From: Schmidtea nova
Taxonomy: Eukaryota
DNA: 64,000 nucleotides
NCBI GenBank assembly: GCA_044892505.1
Contig: CM097884.1
Location: 7,874,001 to 7,938,000 of the forward strand
Direction of reading: 5' to 3'
Every line of letters begins with the position of its first letter. Position 1 is the first letter of the stretch. The notes beneath the pieces were generated by a model. It did no database searches and was not told the DNA's origin. It saw only the letters and a list, made by a program, of their open reading frames with translations. Positions 9,624 to 18,283 of this stretch are shown piece after piece. The translations under genes and the position numbers were made by a program.

Positions 9624-10844
9624 TCAGACCAGTATTGTTCTATTGGCAGTAATTTGAACTTCATTTTCAAAAACTCCATAAATAACTACATGAACCGGTT
9701 CATCAATAGGTTTGGCAAACTTTATATCGAGTCGTAAATTTCCGTTTTGAGGGATTTGGCTTTGATTCAAATCAAAATCGGGAGCCAGAACAAATGTAAA
9801 GAATGGATAACTAGATTTAAATTCATCTAGACCAATACCACAATTCAAGTTTTTATCCAAATAACCTAGATTTCGGACAAGACTTTGCATATATGATGCA
9901 CTAAAATTATCATTTTCAAAATCCTGGGTATATGTTTCACGATAATCGGTATTTTTCGACAATGTTAATGAAGTCACATTAAAATGTTTGAATGTAGATG
10001 TGGACTCGGTATAAGACCCATTATATTGATTTTCGGATTGAAAAGCCACAAGAATGAAATTAGGCATTCGTCTATCCCCAAATATCTGCTCCTTGTAAAA
10101 TGACGATGCCCCTTTACCGATTGCAAACGATACGATTTCTTTGGATTTTAATGGATAAATTGCATGTTTTTTATTTAAACCAATTTGATGACCGGCCAAT
10201 ACTGAAGAATCACATCGAACTCTTCTTACCATTAATTTTGCATCAACTATTTGGATAACTGGTTTTCCAGCTACCGATTTCAATGATAATGCAGAATCAG
10301 ATCTCTTCAATCTAATATGTACATTAACTCCGGGAAGTAAGTATTTAGGTTGATCCATAAAATCCAGTTGTAATGACGAACACATGTTGAAAAGTTTAGA
10401 TCCTTTAATCCATTTTTTCCGATCGTCAGCTGAACCATATCCCATTGGAGTAAGACATGTTTCTTTAGCATCATTCGTATAATTTAAAATAGTTTCGATT
10501 ATTGCCTTGTGTGCATATGTATTGTTTCCACCCTCGATTTTTATATTATTAAATCCGAGAATTACATCTTTGAAAAGTGTATGAAACAAATAATTATTGG
10601 GAACTACATCACTCGCATCGGCTAGAGCTTTTTTATCTTTATCTACAACTTTGATTGTAACGGACAATAATGTATCGTTCAAATCCAAATATTCGGTTTG
10701 AGAACCATTAATGTAAAATTCTACATCATTTCTACTATCTGTAATTGAATTCATTGGAAAAACATCTTCAAACACCCCATATTCAATAACTGCTTGAGGT
10801 GATGGTCGATCAAAAAGACATAATTCAGATTTACCGCAAATCAT
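9624..10844 (-). CDS. Major capsid protein (double jelly-roll, Polinton PY/hexon-like), 406 aa
   Basis: SELCLFDRP, VEFYING..EYLDLNDTLL, LDFMDQPKYLLPGVNVHIRLKRS, FNVTSLTL, GNLRLDIKFAKP..V.VVIYGVFEN motifs typical of Polinton MCP. Confidence 0.92.
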   Translation of the reverse strand: MICGKSELCLFDRPSPQAVIEYGVFEDVFPMNSITDSRNDVEFYINGSQTEYLDLNDTLLSVTIKVVDKDKKALADASDVVPNNYLFHTLFKDVILGFNNIKIEGGNNTYAHKAIIETILNYTNDAKETCLTPMGYGSADDRKKWIKGSKLFNMCSSLQLDFMDQPKYLLPGVNVHIRLKRSDSALSLKSVAGKPVIQIVDAKLMVRRVRCDSSVLAGHQIGLNKKHAIYPLKSKEIVSFAIGKGASSFYKEQIFGDRRMPNFILVAFQSENQYNGSYTESTSTFKHFNVTSLTLSKNTDYRETYTQDFENDNFSASYMQSLVRNLGYLDKNLNCGIGLDEFKSSYPFFTFVLAPDFDLNQSQIPQNGNLRLDIKFAKPIDEPVHVVIYGVFENEVQITANRTILV

Positions 10845-11224
10845 TCTTCAAATATAGTTCCATGACCTTTCATTCGTTTGTTTATACGCTTTCGTTTACG
10901 TCTTGGTCCTACCGGTACAGATTCCGGTTCCTTATTTTTTGTAAACATACTTGTAATTGTAGGAAGCATTTGAGTTACAGCAGGTATAGCTTTATTAACT
11001 GCGGCCAAAGCATTGGTTTTCAATGACGGTAATATTTTATTATCTTTCATGATAACATCCTTGGCAGTATTCATTCCGAAATTACCTAGTCGTCTAAGAA
11101 TTGGAAGTGCAAATCTCCCAATAGTTTTCAACCAACCTGATCCATACTGTTTACCGACAAAATACGGTAATTCGCCACCAGTTTGGCTATCACTGTACAT
11201 TGAAACTATATCGGGATTACTCAT
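10841..11224 (-). CDS. Polinton PZ-like virion protein with amphipathic helix and basic C-terminus
   Basis: QTGG.LPYFVGKQYGSGWLKTIGRFALPILRRLG; located between mCP and MCP. Confidence 0.7.
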   Translation of the reverse strand: MSNPDIVSMYSDSQTGGELPYFVGKQYGSGWLKTIGRFALPILRRLGNFGMNTAKDVIMKDNKILPSLKTNALAAVNKAIPAVTQMLPTITSMFTKNKEPESVPVGPRRKRKRINKRMKGHGTIFEE

Positions 11225-12260
11225 CGTTTTTTCGAAAATGTAGAGTTAAGTGAGTTTTTGAATCTTTTGGAAATTTTATAAATCTTCCACTGTCATCCCG
11301 GATATTTATTTCTATATTGTTTATACAAGATGTTGAAACAGGTAAATACAATGGATTTTCAACTTGTATTTGAACAATTTCATCTGGCTCGTATTTTTCA
11401 ATCCATATAGATTTTAGTAAAGGAACCAAGGAATCACCAACAATAATGGGTTCGATAATGTTTGTATACACGAATAATTGCTGATGAAGTTTAGATATTT
11501 TCGGTTGACGAACACCAGAAATGATATTTTTATCGGTAAATGTATCCTTATCTAATCCCAATGTATTGACCAAGTATTTATCAAATCTGACTTTATTGAT
11601 TTTTTCTTTGAGTTTGAATTTGAACAATTTATTTAATTCGACAACTGTAAAAATATCCGAACAATTATCGCTAATATATTTCTGTAATTCATCTAGATGC
11701 GTTATATACAACTCCTCCTTGAAGGTGAATACATGTCCTTCTTGACGATCATACGATATTTTAAAAGTAATTATTTCTTCATCGTTACTGGCCAAGTTTT
11801 GCATAACTTTGAATTCACATTCTTCTTCATTACATTTTATTGTCAGTTTATTACTTCCCATTCGTTTTGCTACATCAAGATCGTTAAATGTAATTGTATA
11901 CGGAACAACATTACACGTGAGAATTATTCTTCCACTTCGTTGCCACATTTCGATATCCGGATCAATTGTGTGAGTTGGAACATTCAGAAGGCCACTATTA
12001 TTATATATCGAGAAAAATGCATTTGCAACAGTTGTTTTCGTAATATAGTAATATATTTTACAATAACTATAATATGGAAAAGGATGGTAAACAAATGTAA
12101 AATCCATTAGAGCAACTTCCCAATTTCCGTTTAAATAAATTGGATTAGGTAAATTCACCATGAATTTACTTGCGGTATTATCCGGATGGATATTCGGACA
12201 ACTATTGCTCGGTAAAATAGTGTAAAAATTCACTTTACTAGATTTTTTGACGAGATCCAT
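11217..12260 (-). CDS. Minor capsid protein (Polinton PX/penton-like), 347 aa
   Basis: FYTILPSNS...PDNTASKFMVNLPNPIYLNGNWEVAL at the N-terminus; LFVYTNIIEPIIVGDSLVPLLK...YLPV...INNIEINIRDDSG...THLTLHFRK at the C-terminus. Confidence 0.92.
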   Translation of the reverse strand: MDLVKKSSKVNFYTILPSNSCPNIHPDNTASKFMVNLPNPIYLNGNWEVALMDFTFVYHPFPYYSYCKIYYYITKTTVANAFFSIYNNSGLLNVPTHTIDPDIEMWQRSGRIILTCNVVPYTITFNDLDVAKRMGSNKLTIKCNEEECEFKVMQNLASNDEEIITFKISYDRQEGHVFTFKEELYITHLDELQKYISDNCSDIFTVVELNKLFKFKLKEKINKVRFDKYLVNTLGLDKDTFTDKNIISGVRQPKISKLHQQLFVYTNIIEPIIVGDSLVPLLKSIWIEKYEPDEIVQIQVENPLYLPVSTSCINNIEINIRDDSGRFIKFPKDSKTHLTLHFRKNDE

Positions 12261-13274
12261 GATGGTTCTTTATATCCATGCCATTTGACATAGTATTGTT
12301 TATCCTTACCAACCATTTTAGTCTTCAAAATCTTTTGAATTCTAAATATCGTAGGTGGAGGAATAACTTGTAATTCTTGTTCGTAGAATTTGCCGCTGAT
12401 TATATTGTTATCAGAGTCACGAATAGTATACATGACAGGATTCTGCACTGTGTTGACTTTCGATATTTGATATACCTCATCACTCCAATTATTATCAAAA
12501 TTTTTAACGAATGGCGATGTACTAATCTTGCTAATTCGAACATGATCATCAACTTTATATTTTGGTTTCTTTACTTTCACTTCACTCACAATATTTTCAG
12601 TATCAACTACTTCTGCCGGTTTCCTACCATTTATACCCCGATGAGCACTATGATTATAACTATGAATCAATTGAGGTAAGACATTAATCCAGGTTTTATT
12701 GCCTTTAAAAACAAAGTATTTTTTCAATCGATCACGCAAAGTTCGATTAAATCTCTCGACATGAGCGGCTTTGAATTGTGAGAATACCGAATAATGATTT
12801 ATTCCCTTGATAACTTCCTTGACTTTACTGTTGTAAAATTCCTTTCCTAAAAAATATTAAATTTATAAATTTAAATTAAAATTTACCCAAATCAGTTTGT
12901 AAATTAGTTGGCCGATCCTTTTTCATCATTGTCTTGATAGCAATTGCCATGTCATTAGCAGATTTAGATTTGACTCCAATTGCTCGAGCAAATCTACTGT
13001 AAACATCAATACATGTTAAAATATACTTGTACCCCTTGTTAATTTTGGAATACGGAATCATTTCCATCAAATCCATTTGCCACAAATCATTGATTCTATA
13101 TGTTTTATATGCTCGAGTTGGAAACCGTTTCAACATCGGTTTGTTTAGACTGTATGCAAGTTGCCCCGATAACCAACTTTGTGTCTGTTGTTTCGACTTC
13201 TGTGCCTTTTTCCTTAGCTTTTCGACTCCACCGAAACCGGCGTCGTCTTTTGGGTTCGTCCAGATCTTCTCCAT
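12230..13274 (-). CDS. Retroviral-like DDE integrase with C-terminal chromodomain-like region, 334 aa after splicing
   Basis: Two track ORFs joined by a 40-nt GT-AG intron (12847-12886): WQMDL...IDVYSR...LQTDLG|KEFYN...AHVERFNRTLR...YYVKWHGY. Confidence 0.95.
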
Positions 13275-13326
13275 TACAACAAGAAGATTTAAAGTTTAAA
13301 TTTAAATTAGGTAATGATTGACCCAT
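13105..13326 (-). CDS. Putative small overprinted protein (MG start, CC, basic cluster) overlapping the integrase 5' end
   Basis: ATG lies 4 nt after the stop of 13330-13839; MGQSLPN...SSCCNG...KRRRRFRWSRKAK; alternative frame over integrase for 170 nt. Confidence 0.4.
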   Translation of the reverse strand: MGQSLPNLNLNFKSSCCNGEDLDEPKRRRRFRWSRKAKEKGTEVETTDTKLVIGATCIQSKQTDVETVSNSSI

Positions 13327-13329
13327 TGT

Positions 13330-13839
13330 TTATGATTTTCTTTTTCCCAATAAACCAGCACCTCCCAATAAAGATAATGCTAATGGTAACAATGCTGCGA
13401 TAAAACCACCTTGTTGTTTATATATTACTTTGCGCATAAGTTTTTTATTTTTTGAGTTTACTAGCGACAACAATGGTTTTTTATGCTTGTTCAAAACACG
13501 GCGATTAGATGGAGTTAGATTCATTTTACCTCGCACGACTTTAATTAAAATAGAGAGTAAATCATCGATGACGTAACTAGGAAACGATTGAAGAATACCC
13601 ATTCTTCTAACGGAAGGGGCTTTAAGTAATGCATTAAAAAACGGTAAACTCCGATGATGTGTTTGTTTAGCATTAGATTTCAAATTATTTTTGGGAATAT
13701 TATCCATAAGTATTTTCTTGGATTTCTTTCTTGATTTCTTTATAGATTTCTTTGTAAATAGTTTCTTTGTTTTCTTTCCCGCTTTCTTTGTTCTAGCCTT
13801 TATCAATGGCTCAAACTTTACTCGAGATTTCATTAACAT
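13330..13839 (-). CDS. Basic virion core-like protein with C-terminal QQGGFIAALLP motif
   Basis: Lys-rich N-terminus; the GGF-hydrophobic tail resembles small Polinton structural ORFs; sits between ATPase and INT. Confidence 0.65.
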   Translation of the reverse strand: MLMKSRVKFEPLIKARTKKAGKKTKKLFTKKSIKKSRKKSKKILMDNIPKNNLKSNAKQTHHRSLPFFNALLKAPSVRRMGILQSFPSYVIDDLLSILIKVVRGKMNLTPSNRRVLNKHKKPLLSLVNSKNKKLMRKVIYKQQGGFIAALLPLALSLLGGAGLLGKRKS

Positions 13840-13859
13840 GATTACGATTGCAAACAGAA

Positions 13860-14483
13860 TTAACTTTGTTTATAAACCATGGCTCCTTCAGGGTTAAAAA
13901 TATCAGTTCTAACGCGTAAATCATCACTGCATTGTTGAGTAAAATCAAGGAAAATATATCCATGAGGAGATTTTGTAGCATCTTGAAAGGCTTCAATCAA
14001 AAAGTTACGATTAGAAGGATAAGCTTGTCTTGCCAGAAAATCAATAACTGTTGCATCTCTAGGATTTTTAAAAACAACAAGATATTGAACATTTAAATTA
14101 CGAGTTCGATGACTACCGCCCTGATGAAATAAATTCTGAGTTATAAAAATAACAGTAACACCTTTATGTCTACTGATTTTCGTAAATAAGTTATTGAAAT
14201 CCTTTTCTTTATTTGCTTCTTGATACAAGTCGTCAATGATAATCACATCACCATGTTTTAATCTAGATGACCAGTTTTTATCGAAACCTTTAATGATTGT
14301 CATTTTTATTTTACAAAACTGATCTTGTGTCATTCCACTTTCGTCGTCAGCACCCCTATGCCAATAAATATTATTAAATTTTGACTTGAATAATTTCGAT
14401 TGCAATAATTTACAAACAAATAAAGTTTTTCCACTCCCGCTCGGACCAACAATTTGAAACACTGCATCATTTCTTAATTCCAT
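13860..14483 (-). CDS. DNA-packaging ATPase (FtsK-HerA/A32-like)
   Basis: Walker A GPSGSGKT, Walker B VIIIDD, SRH and FITQN motifs. Confidence 0.94.
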   Translation of the reverse strand: MELRNDAVFQIVGPSGSGKTLFVCKLLQSKLFKSKFNNIYWHRGADDESGMTQDQFCKIKMTIIKGFDKNWSSRLKHGDVIIIDDLYQEANKEKDFNNLFTKISRHKGVTVIFITQNLFHQGGSHRTRNLNVQYLVVFKNPRDATVIDFLARQAYPSNRNFLIEAFQDATKSPHGYIFLDFTQQCSDDLRVRTDIFNPEGAMVYKQS

Positions 14484-14576
14484 ATTTAAAAATTATATTT
14501 TCTTAATATTATTGTTTATATTTGTTTTAAATACCTGTTCTCAAAGTAATTATTTCATTTAAAAATATTTTCAGTA

Positions 14577-15044
14577 ATGATTAGAAACATTAATTACAAG
14601 GGTAAGACAGATGTATCACACATGAAATTTCCAAATGGAAAACCCCAGCAAATTGTTGATCGAAGTGGAAAATACCCAATAATATACTTTAAATCAGGAA
14701 GATATAGAATAATGGGATGCAGGGAATTTATTAGTGACGAACAAGTTGATTTTTACGATTTAAAGATACAATCGATAACTGTAACTGCGGATTTAGGATT
14801 TATTTGTAATTTGAATGAATTATCGAAATTAATACCGTGTGTTTACGAGCCAGAATTATTTCCAGCTTTGAGATATATCAAATATAATCCCATGTGTGTA
14901 AATATATTTGCAAGCGGAAAATTAGTCATATTAGGATTAAAAAACAAAGACTATAGTACTATAGTTGATGATATTATTTACGATATAAAATCAATTATAG
15001 AAGATAAAGCCTTTGTTGATTTCATACTAACATGTGACTCATGA
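14577..15044 (+). CDS. Divergent TATA-binding protein (TBP)-like protein encoded by the Polinton
   Basis: KIQSITVTADLGF...YEPELFPALRY...VNIFASGKLVILGLK matches TBP repeat 2 (KIQNIV.SCD..F...YEPELFPGLIY...LLIFVSGKVVLTGAK); a shortened repeat 1 ends IIYFKSGRYRIMGCR. Confidence 0.85.
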   Translation: MIRNINYKGKTDVSHMKFPNGKPQQIVDRSGKYPIIYFKSGRYRIMGCREFISDEQVDFYDLKIQSITVTADLGFICNLNELSKLIPCVYEPELFPALRYIKYNPMCVNIFASGKLVILGLKNKDYSTIVDDIIYDIKSIIEDKAFVDFILTCDS

Positions 15045-15219
15045 CTGCAATATCGATGCATTAGAAATGCACGATTCTGATTGGCTCTGTGTGTATCGAT
15101 AGAATAAAGACATGTTGTGCATGCTTCATTCTGATTGGTTCATTGTGTGTGTTTGAAATCATGTGTGTTTCTTTGATATATATACTATGAACAATCTCAC
15201 ATAGTTTATATTCACAATT

Positions 15220-15873
15220 ATGTCGATGACCCAAACACTAATTAAAAGCCGTAAGGATTTTAATTATTTATTTTTCATATTTTATATTATTATTATTTTA
15301 GATAAATTAATGAACGTTATCTATCGAAAGCTGGAGGAGCTATTCCCGAACCTGATGCCGGCTCTCGTCTACACGGCTCCGGAGATGTTCCCGTACAAGA
15401 TAATGGTCTTGACGGGAATAGATATAAACCAGATTGTGCTCGATCACATGACGAGCCAGAATACAGATCTCCCAATGGTACCCGAGCACATTATGTGCGC
15501 TTATCAATGCGGGAGCTGCGTGGAAAGAATCCGGCAGTTTAATATCTGGGTTTTGAGGAATTCCCTCAAACTCTATGATGTTCAACAAATGGACAAAATC
15601 GATGAAGAAAAGGAGGAGGAGGAACAAGTCAAGGAAACCTGGCCCAACTCTACTCCGGAGCCGACAGATGATGAAACAACAACAACAGATTTGGAAGCAC
15701 CAACTCTAGATGGTCCGTTTCCAACTGAATCATCTCAATCACCAGATTGTCAGGAATCACCTCAATCACCTGATTGTATGCAATGCCATCGAAAGGCTGA
15801 AGATTGTGATGGTGATAATAATAATAGTGATGATGGTTGCCAATCTCTTGGTGGCGAACCATCTGACATGTGA
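15220..15873 (+). CDS. Accessory protein with H-x2-C-x3-C-x2-C motif and acidic Ser-Pro tail; one in-frame intron
   Basis: Intron 15251-15301 (GTAAGG...TTTTAG, 51 nt) removes a hydrophobic AT-rich stretch; HIMCAYQCGSC; EEEKEEEE and SPDC repeats. Confidence 0.65.
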   Translation: MSMTQTLIKSRKDFNYLFFIFYIIIILDKLMNVIYRKLEELFPNLMPALVYTAPEMFPYKIMVLTGIDINQIVLDHMTSQNTDLPMVPEHIMCAYQCGSCVERIRQFNIWVLRNSLKLYDVQQMDKIDEEKEEEEQVKETWPNSTPEPTDDETTTTDLEAPTLDGPFPTESSQSPDCQESPQSPDCMQCHRKAEDCDGDNNNSDDGCQSLGGEPSDM

Positions 15874-16393
15874 ATGTTGTTGTTGTTGTTGTTGTAATTT
15901 GTTGTGTAATTTTTGTTATATTATTTGAATAAAAGTTTTATTATTCATTTTAGTTTTTCTTTTTATTTTCATTTTAGTTAAATAAAAGTTTTTTATTCAT
16001 TTTATTTAAATAGTAATAGATTTTTATTAAAACATTTTAAGTAGTAGTTTTTTTTTTATTAACTGTATATAAAAGTTAAAAAATTTTTTTTTTTTTTTTT
16101 TTTTATTAAATATTTTTTCAGAAAGAAAGTAGTAGTATTATAAAATAAATAAATAAATAAGAACATTAGTAACCAGACATTAGAAGCAGAACCTATTCTG
16201 TGATGGTTTTGATATGCAAAAGCTCATTATTGAACATATACAAATTAATTAAACATGCACGCATACAACAAAGACATTGCAATACATGTGAATAGTGTGT
16301 GCAAGATAAATGCATGAATATGATTGGACAAAGACATCCAGTCATTAGTATAAATACAAAGACATTTTATAAAATATTGTCACAATTTATAAA

Positions 16394-16810
16394 ATGAATT
16401 CAAGAAAACAAAATTTAGATATAAGCGAAGAAAAAATATATCAGACTGAGGTAAAACCAGTTCAGATGTACTATGACAGCCGACTTTATTTTTTGGTTAA
16501 TGAAATACCGTATCGATTATCATTTCCGGTAAAGTTAACAAAATCTTTATATGACAGTCTTGCTGTAATTATTGCCAAGGAAGATATTATCGCATTAAAT
16601 CGATTATTTTCAAAGATGAATGTTAATTTGACATGTAAAGAAACCATGTACATCAATAACAGAAAAACTCGGTTTCATGATGCGTTTCAAACTATTGATT
16701 TCATGGATCAAGAACATTGGTTCGTTACCGTTATTATTCAAGGGTACAAGATTGATAAAAAAGATGTTGTTACTCCAATTTGGAGAGTTGACAATGCAAG
16801 ATATGCATAA
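16394..16810 (+). CDS. Accessory protein, possibly an OB-fold ssDNA-binding protein
   Basis: Clean 138-aa ORF with TATA-like and CCAAT elements upstream; C-terminal FVTVIIQGYKI...PIWRVDN recalls viral SSB strands (by eye only). Confidence 0.45.
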   Translation: MNSRKQNLDISEEKIYQTEVKPVQMYYDSRLYFLVNEIPYRLSFPVKLTKSLYDSLAVIIAKEDIIALNRLFSKMNVNLTCKETMYINNRKTRFHDAFQTIDFMDQEHWFVTVIIQGYKIDKKDVVTPIWRVDNARYA

Positions 16811-16852
16811 TTGTTTTTTAATAAATATTTTTTAGTATGAACAATTTTAGTT

Positions 16853-17458
16853 TTGATATTAGTTTTTGTTTTTAAAATGAAATTAATTATAGTTATTTTA
16901 TTATTATGTGTTCACAATACTGAAGGAGAACAAGCTTTGGAAGATTGTCAATCATCCCATCCGTTTCGAAAACAAGATAGTACTTGTGCGAGTTATAATG
17001 ATATATGTCTTTACTCAAACATTGAATGCAGTCAAATAAAATTACAATGTAATCAATGTCCTTCCAAAAATAATGTGATTAATAATGACATTGAAAAGAT
17101 GATTGCCAAAATAATGATGAAAATAGTTGAACGATTAAAATGTATCAATCAAACTTTTGTTAAAAAAGAATATGAAGTCAGATACCAAAATCAAACAGTT
17201 GAAAATGAAAAAACAGCCATTGTATTACATTATATAAGTTTATTTATATTAATAATTATAATGATGTTATCGGCATCCATACGGCTGGAGAAGATTTCAA
17301 ATATTCCAAAGAATAATATTCCGACAAATACTAGTATTCCGATGAATAATATTACAATGAATAATATTCCTATGAATAATATTCCGAGTAATAATCCAGA
17401 TGTAAATAATTTTGAAACTAAATTTTGTACACGTACACAACGATATATTTATAAATAA
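16853..17458 (+). CDS. Predicted type I membrane protein: signal peptide, Cys-rich ectodomain, TM helix, Asn-rich tail
   Basis: MKLIIVILLLCVHNTEG signal-like; six or more Cys in residues ~33-70; TM AIVLHYISLFILIIIMMLSASI; NNIPMNNI repeats; 3' part lies in the TIR. Confidence 0.65.
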   Translation: MILVFVFKMKLIIVILLLCVHNTEGEQALEDCQSSHPFRKQDSTCASYNDICLYSNIECSQIKLQCNQCPSKNNVINNDIEKMIAKIMMKIVERLKCINQTFVKKEYEVRYQNQTVENEKTAIVLHYISLFILIIIMMLSASIRLEKISNIPKNNIPTNTSIPMNNITMNNIPMNNIPSNNPDVNNFETKFCTRTQRYIYK

Positions 17459-18283
17459 ATTTTATTTTCAATGTCTTTGTTCATGTTGCACGTGTATTGC
17501 ATTGTCTTTGTTTAAGTTGCACGCGTGTTGCAAACCTTTCGATGACTAATATTTCTGTTAAAATTATTTATGTTAAAAAAAAAATTTGTGTAAAAAAAAA
17601 AATTTACAATTATAAATTTGGCGGGAAAAAAAAATTTTAAAAAAAAAAAATTTTAAAAATTTAAAAAATTTTTGGCGCGAAAAAATAATTTTTGAAAAAA
17701 AAAAAAAAAAAAATAGTCCCCCCCCCCGGGGGGGGGGTCGGAAAAGTTCTTTGTTTAAAAATTTTTACGCCCACGCATTAAAAAGTTCTTTGTTTAAAAA
17801 TTTTACGCCCACGCATAAAAAAGTTCTTTGTTTAAAAAAAAAATTTGAAAAAAAAAAAAAAAAATTTGTAAGAAAAAAAAAATTTGTGTAAAAAAAAAAA
17901 TTGTGTTAAAAAATTTTGTGTTAAAAAATTTTGTGTTGAAAAAATTTGTGTTAAAAAATTTTGTGTTGAAAAAATTTGTGTTGAAAAAATTTGTGTTTAA
18001 AAATTTTGTGTTAAAAAAAAAATTTGTGTTAAAAAATTTTGTGTTAAAAAAAAAATTTGTGTTAAAAAATTTTGTGTTAAAAAATTTTGAAATTTAAATT
18101 TGGCGCGAAAAAAAAAATTTTCAAAAAAAAAAAATTCAAAAATTTTTGGCGCGAAAAAAAAAAAAAAAAAAAAATTTGACCCCCCCCGGGGGGGGTTCGG
18201 AAAAAAAAAGTTCTTTGTTTAAAATTTTCCGCCCACGCATTATGACTCATTTCTTTGTGTTTGACTCCACACATCTACCTACT
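17114..18283 (-). repeat. Right terminal inverted repeat of the Polinton
   Basis: Mirror of 192-1380; contains CnGn tracts, the TGTGTTAAAAAATTT tandem array, CGCCCACGC and TTTGGCGCGAAA motifs. Confidence 0.95.

Larger units (their letters stand above)
192..18283. mobile_element. Polinton/Maverick (adintovirus-like) endogenous virus-like element, apparently full length
   Basis: Termini AGTAGGTAG...CTACCTACT; identical 6-bp flanks ATTGCT at 186-191 and 18284-18289; long TIRs; pPolB, PRO, MCP, mCP, INT and ATPase ORFs without visible stops or frameshifts once two 40-nt introns are removed. Two N gaps (1381-1717, 1879-2087). Confidence 0.97.

Noticed and set aside
15745-15760. PDCQE as an Rb-binding LxCxE motif
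   Set aside because: Pro replaces the essential Leu.
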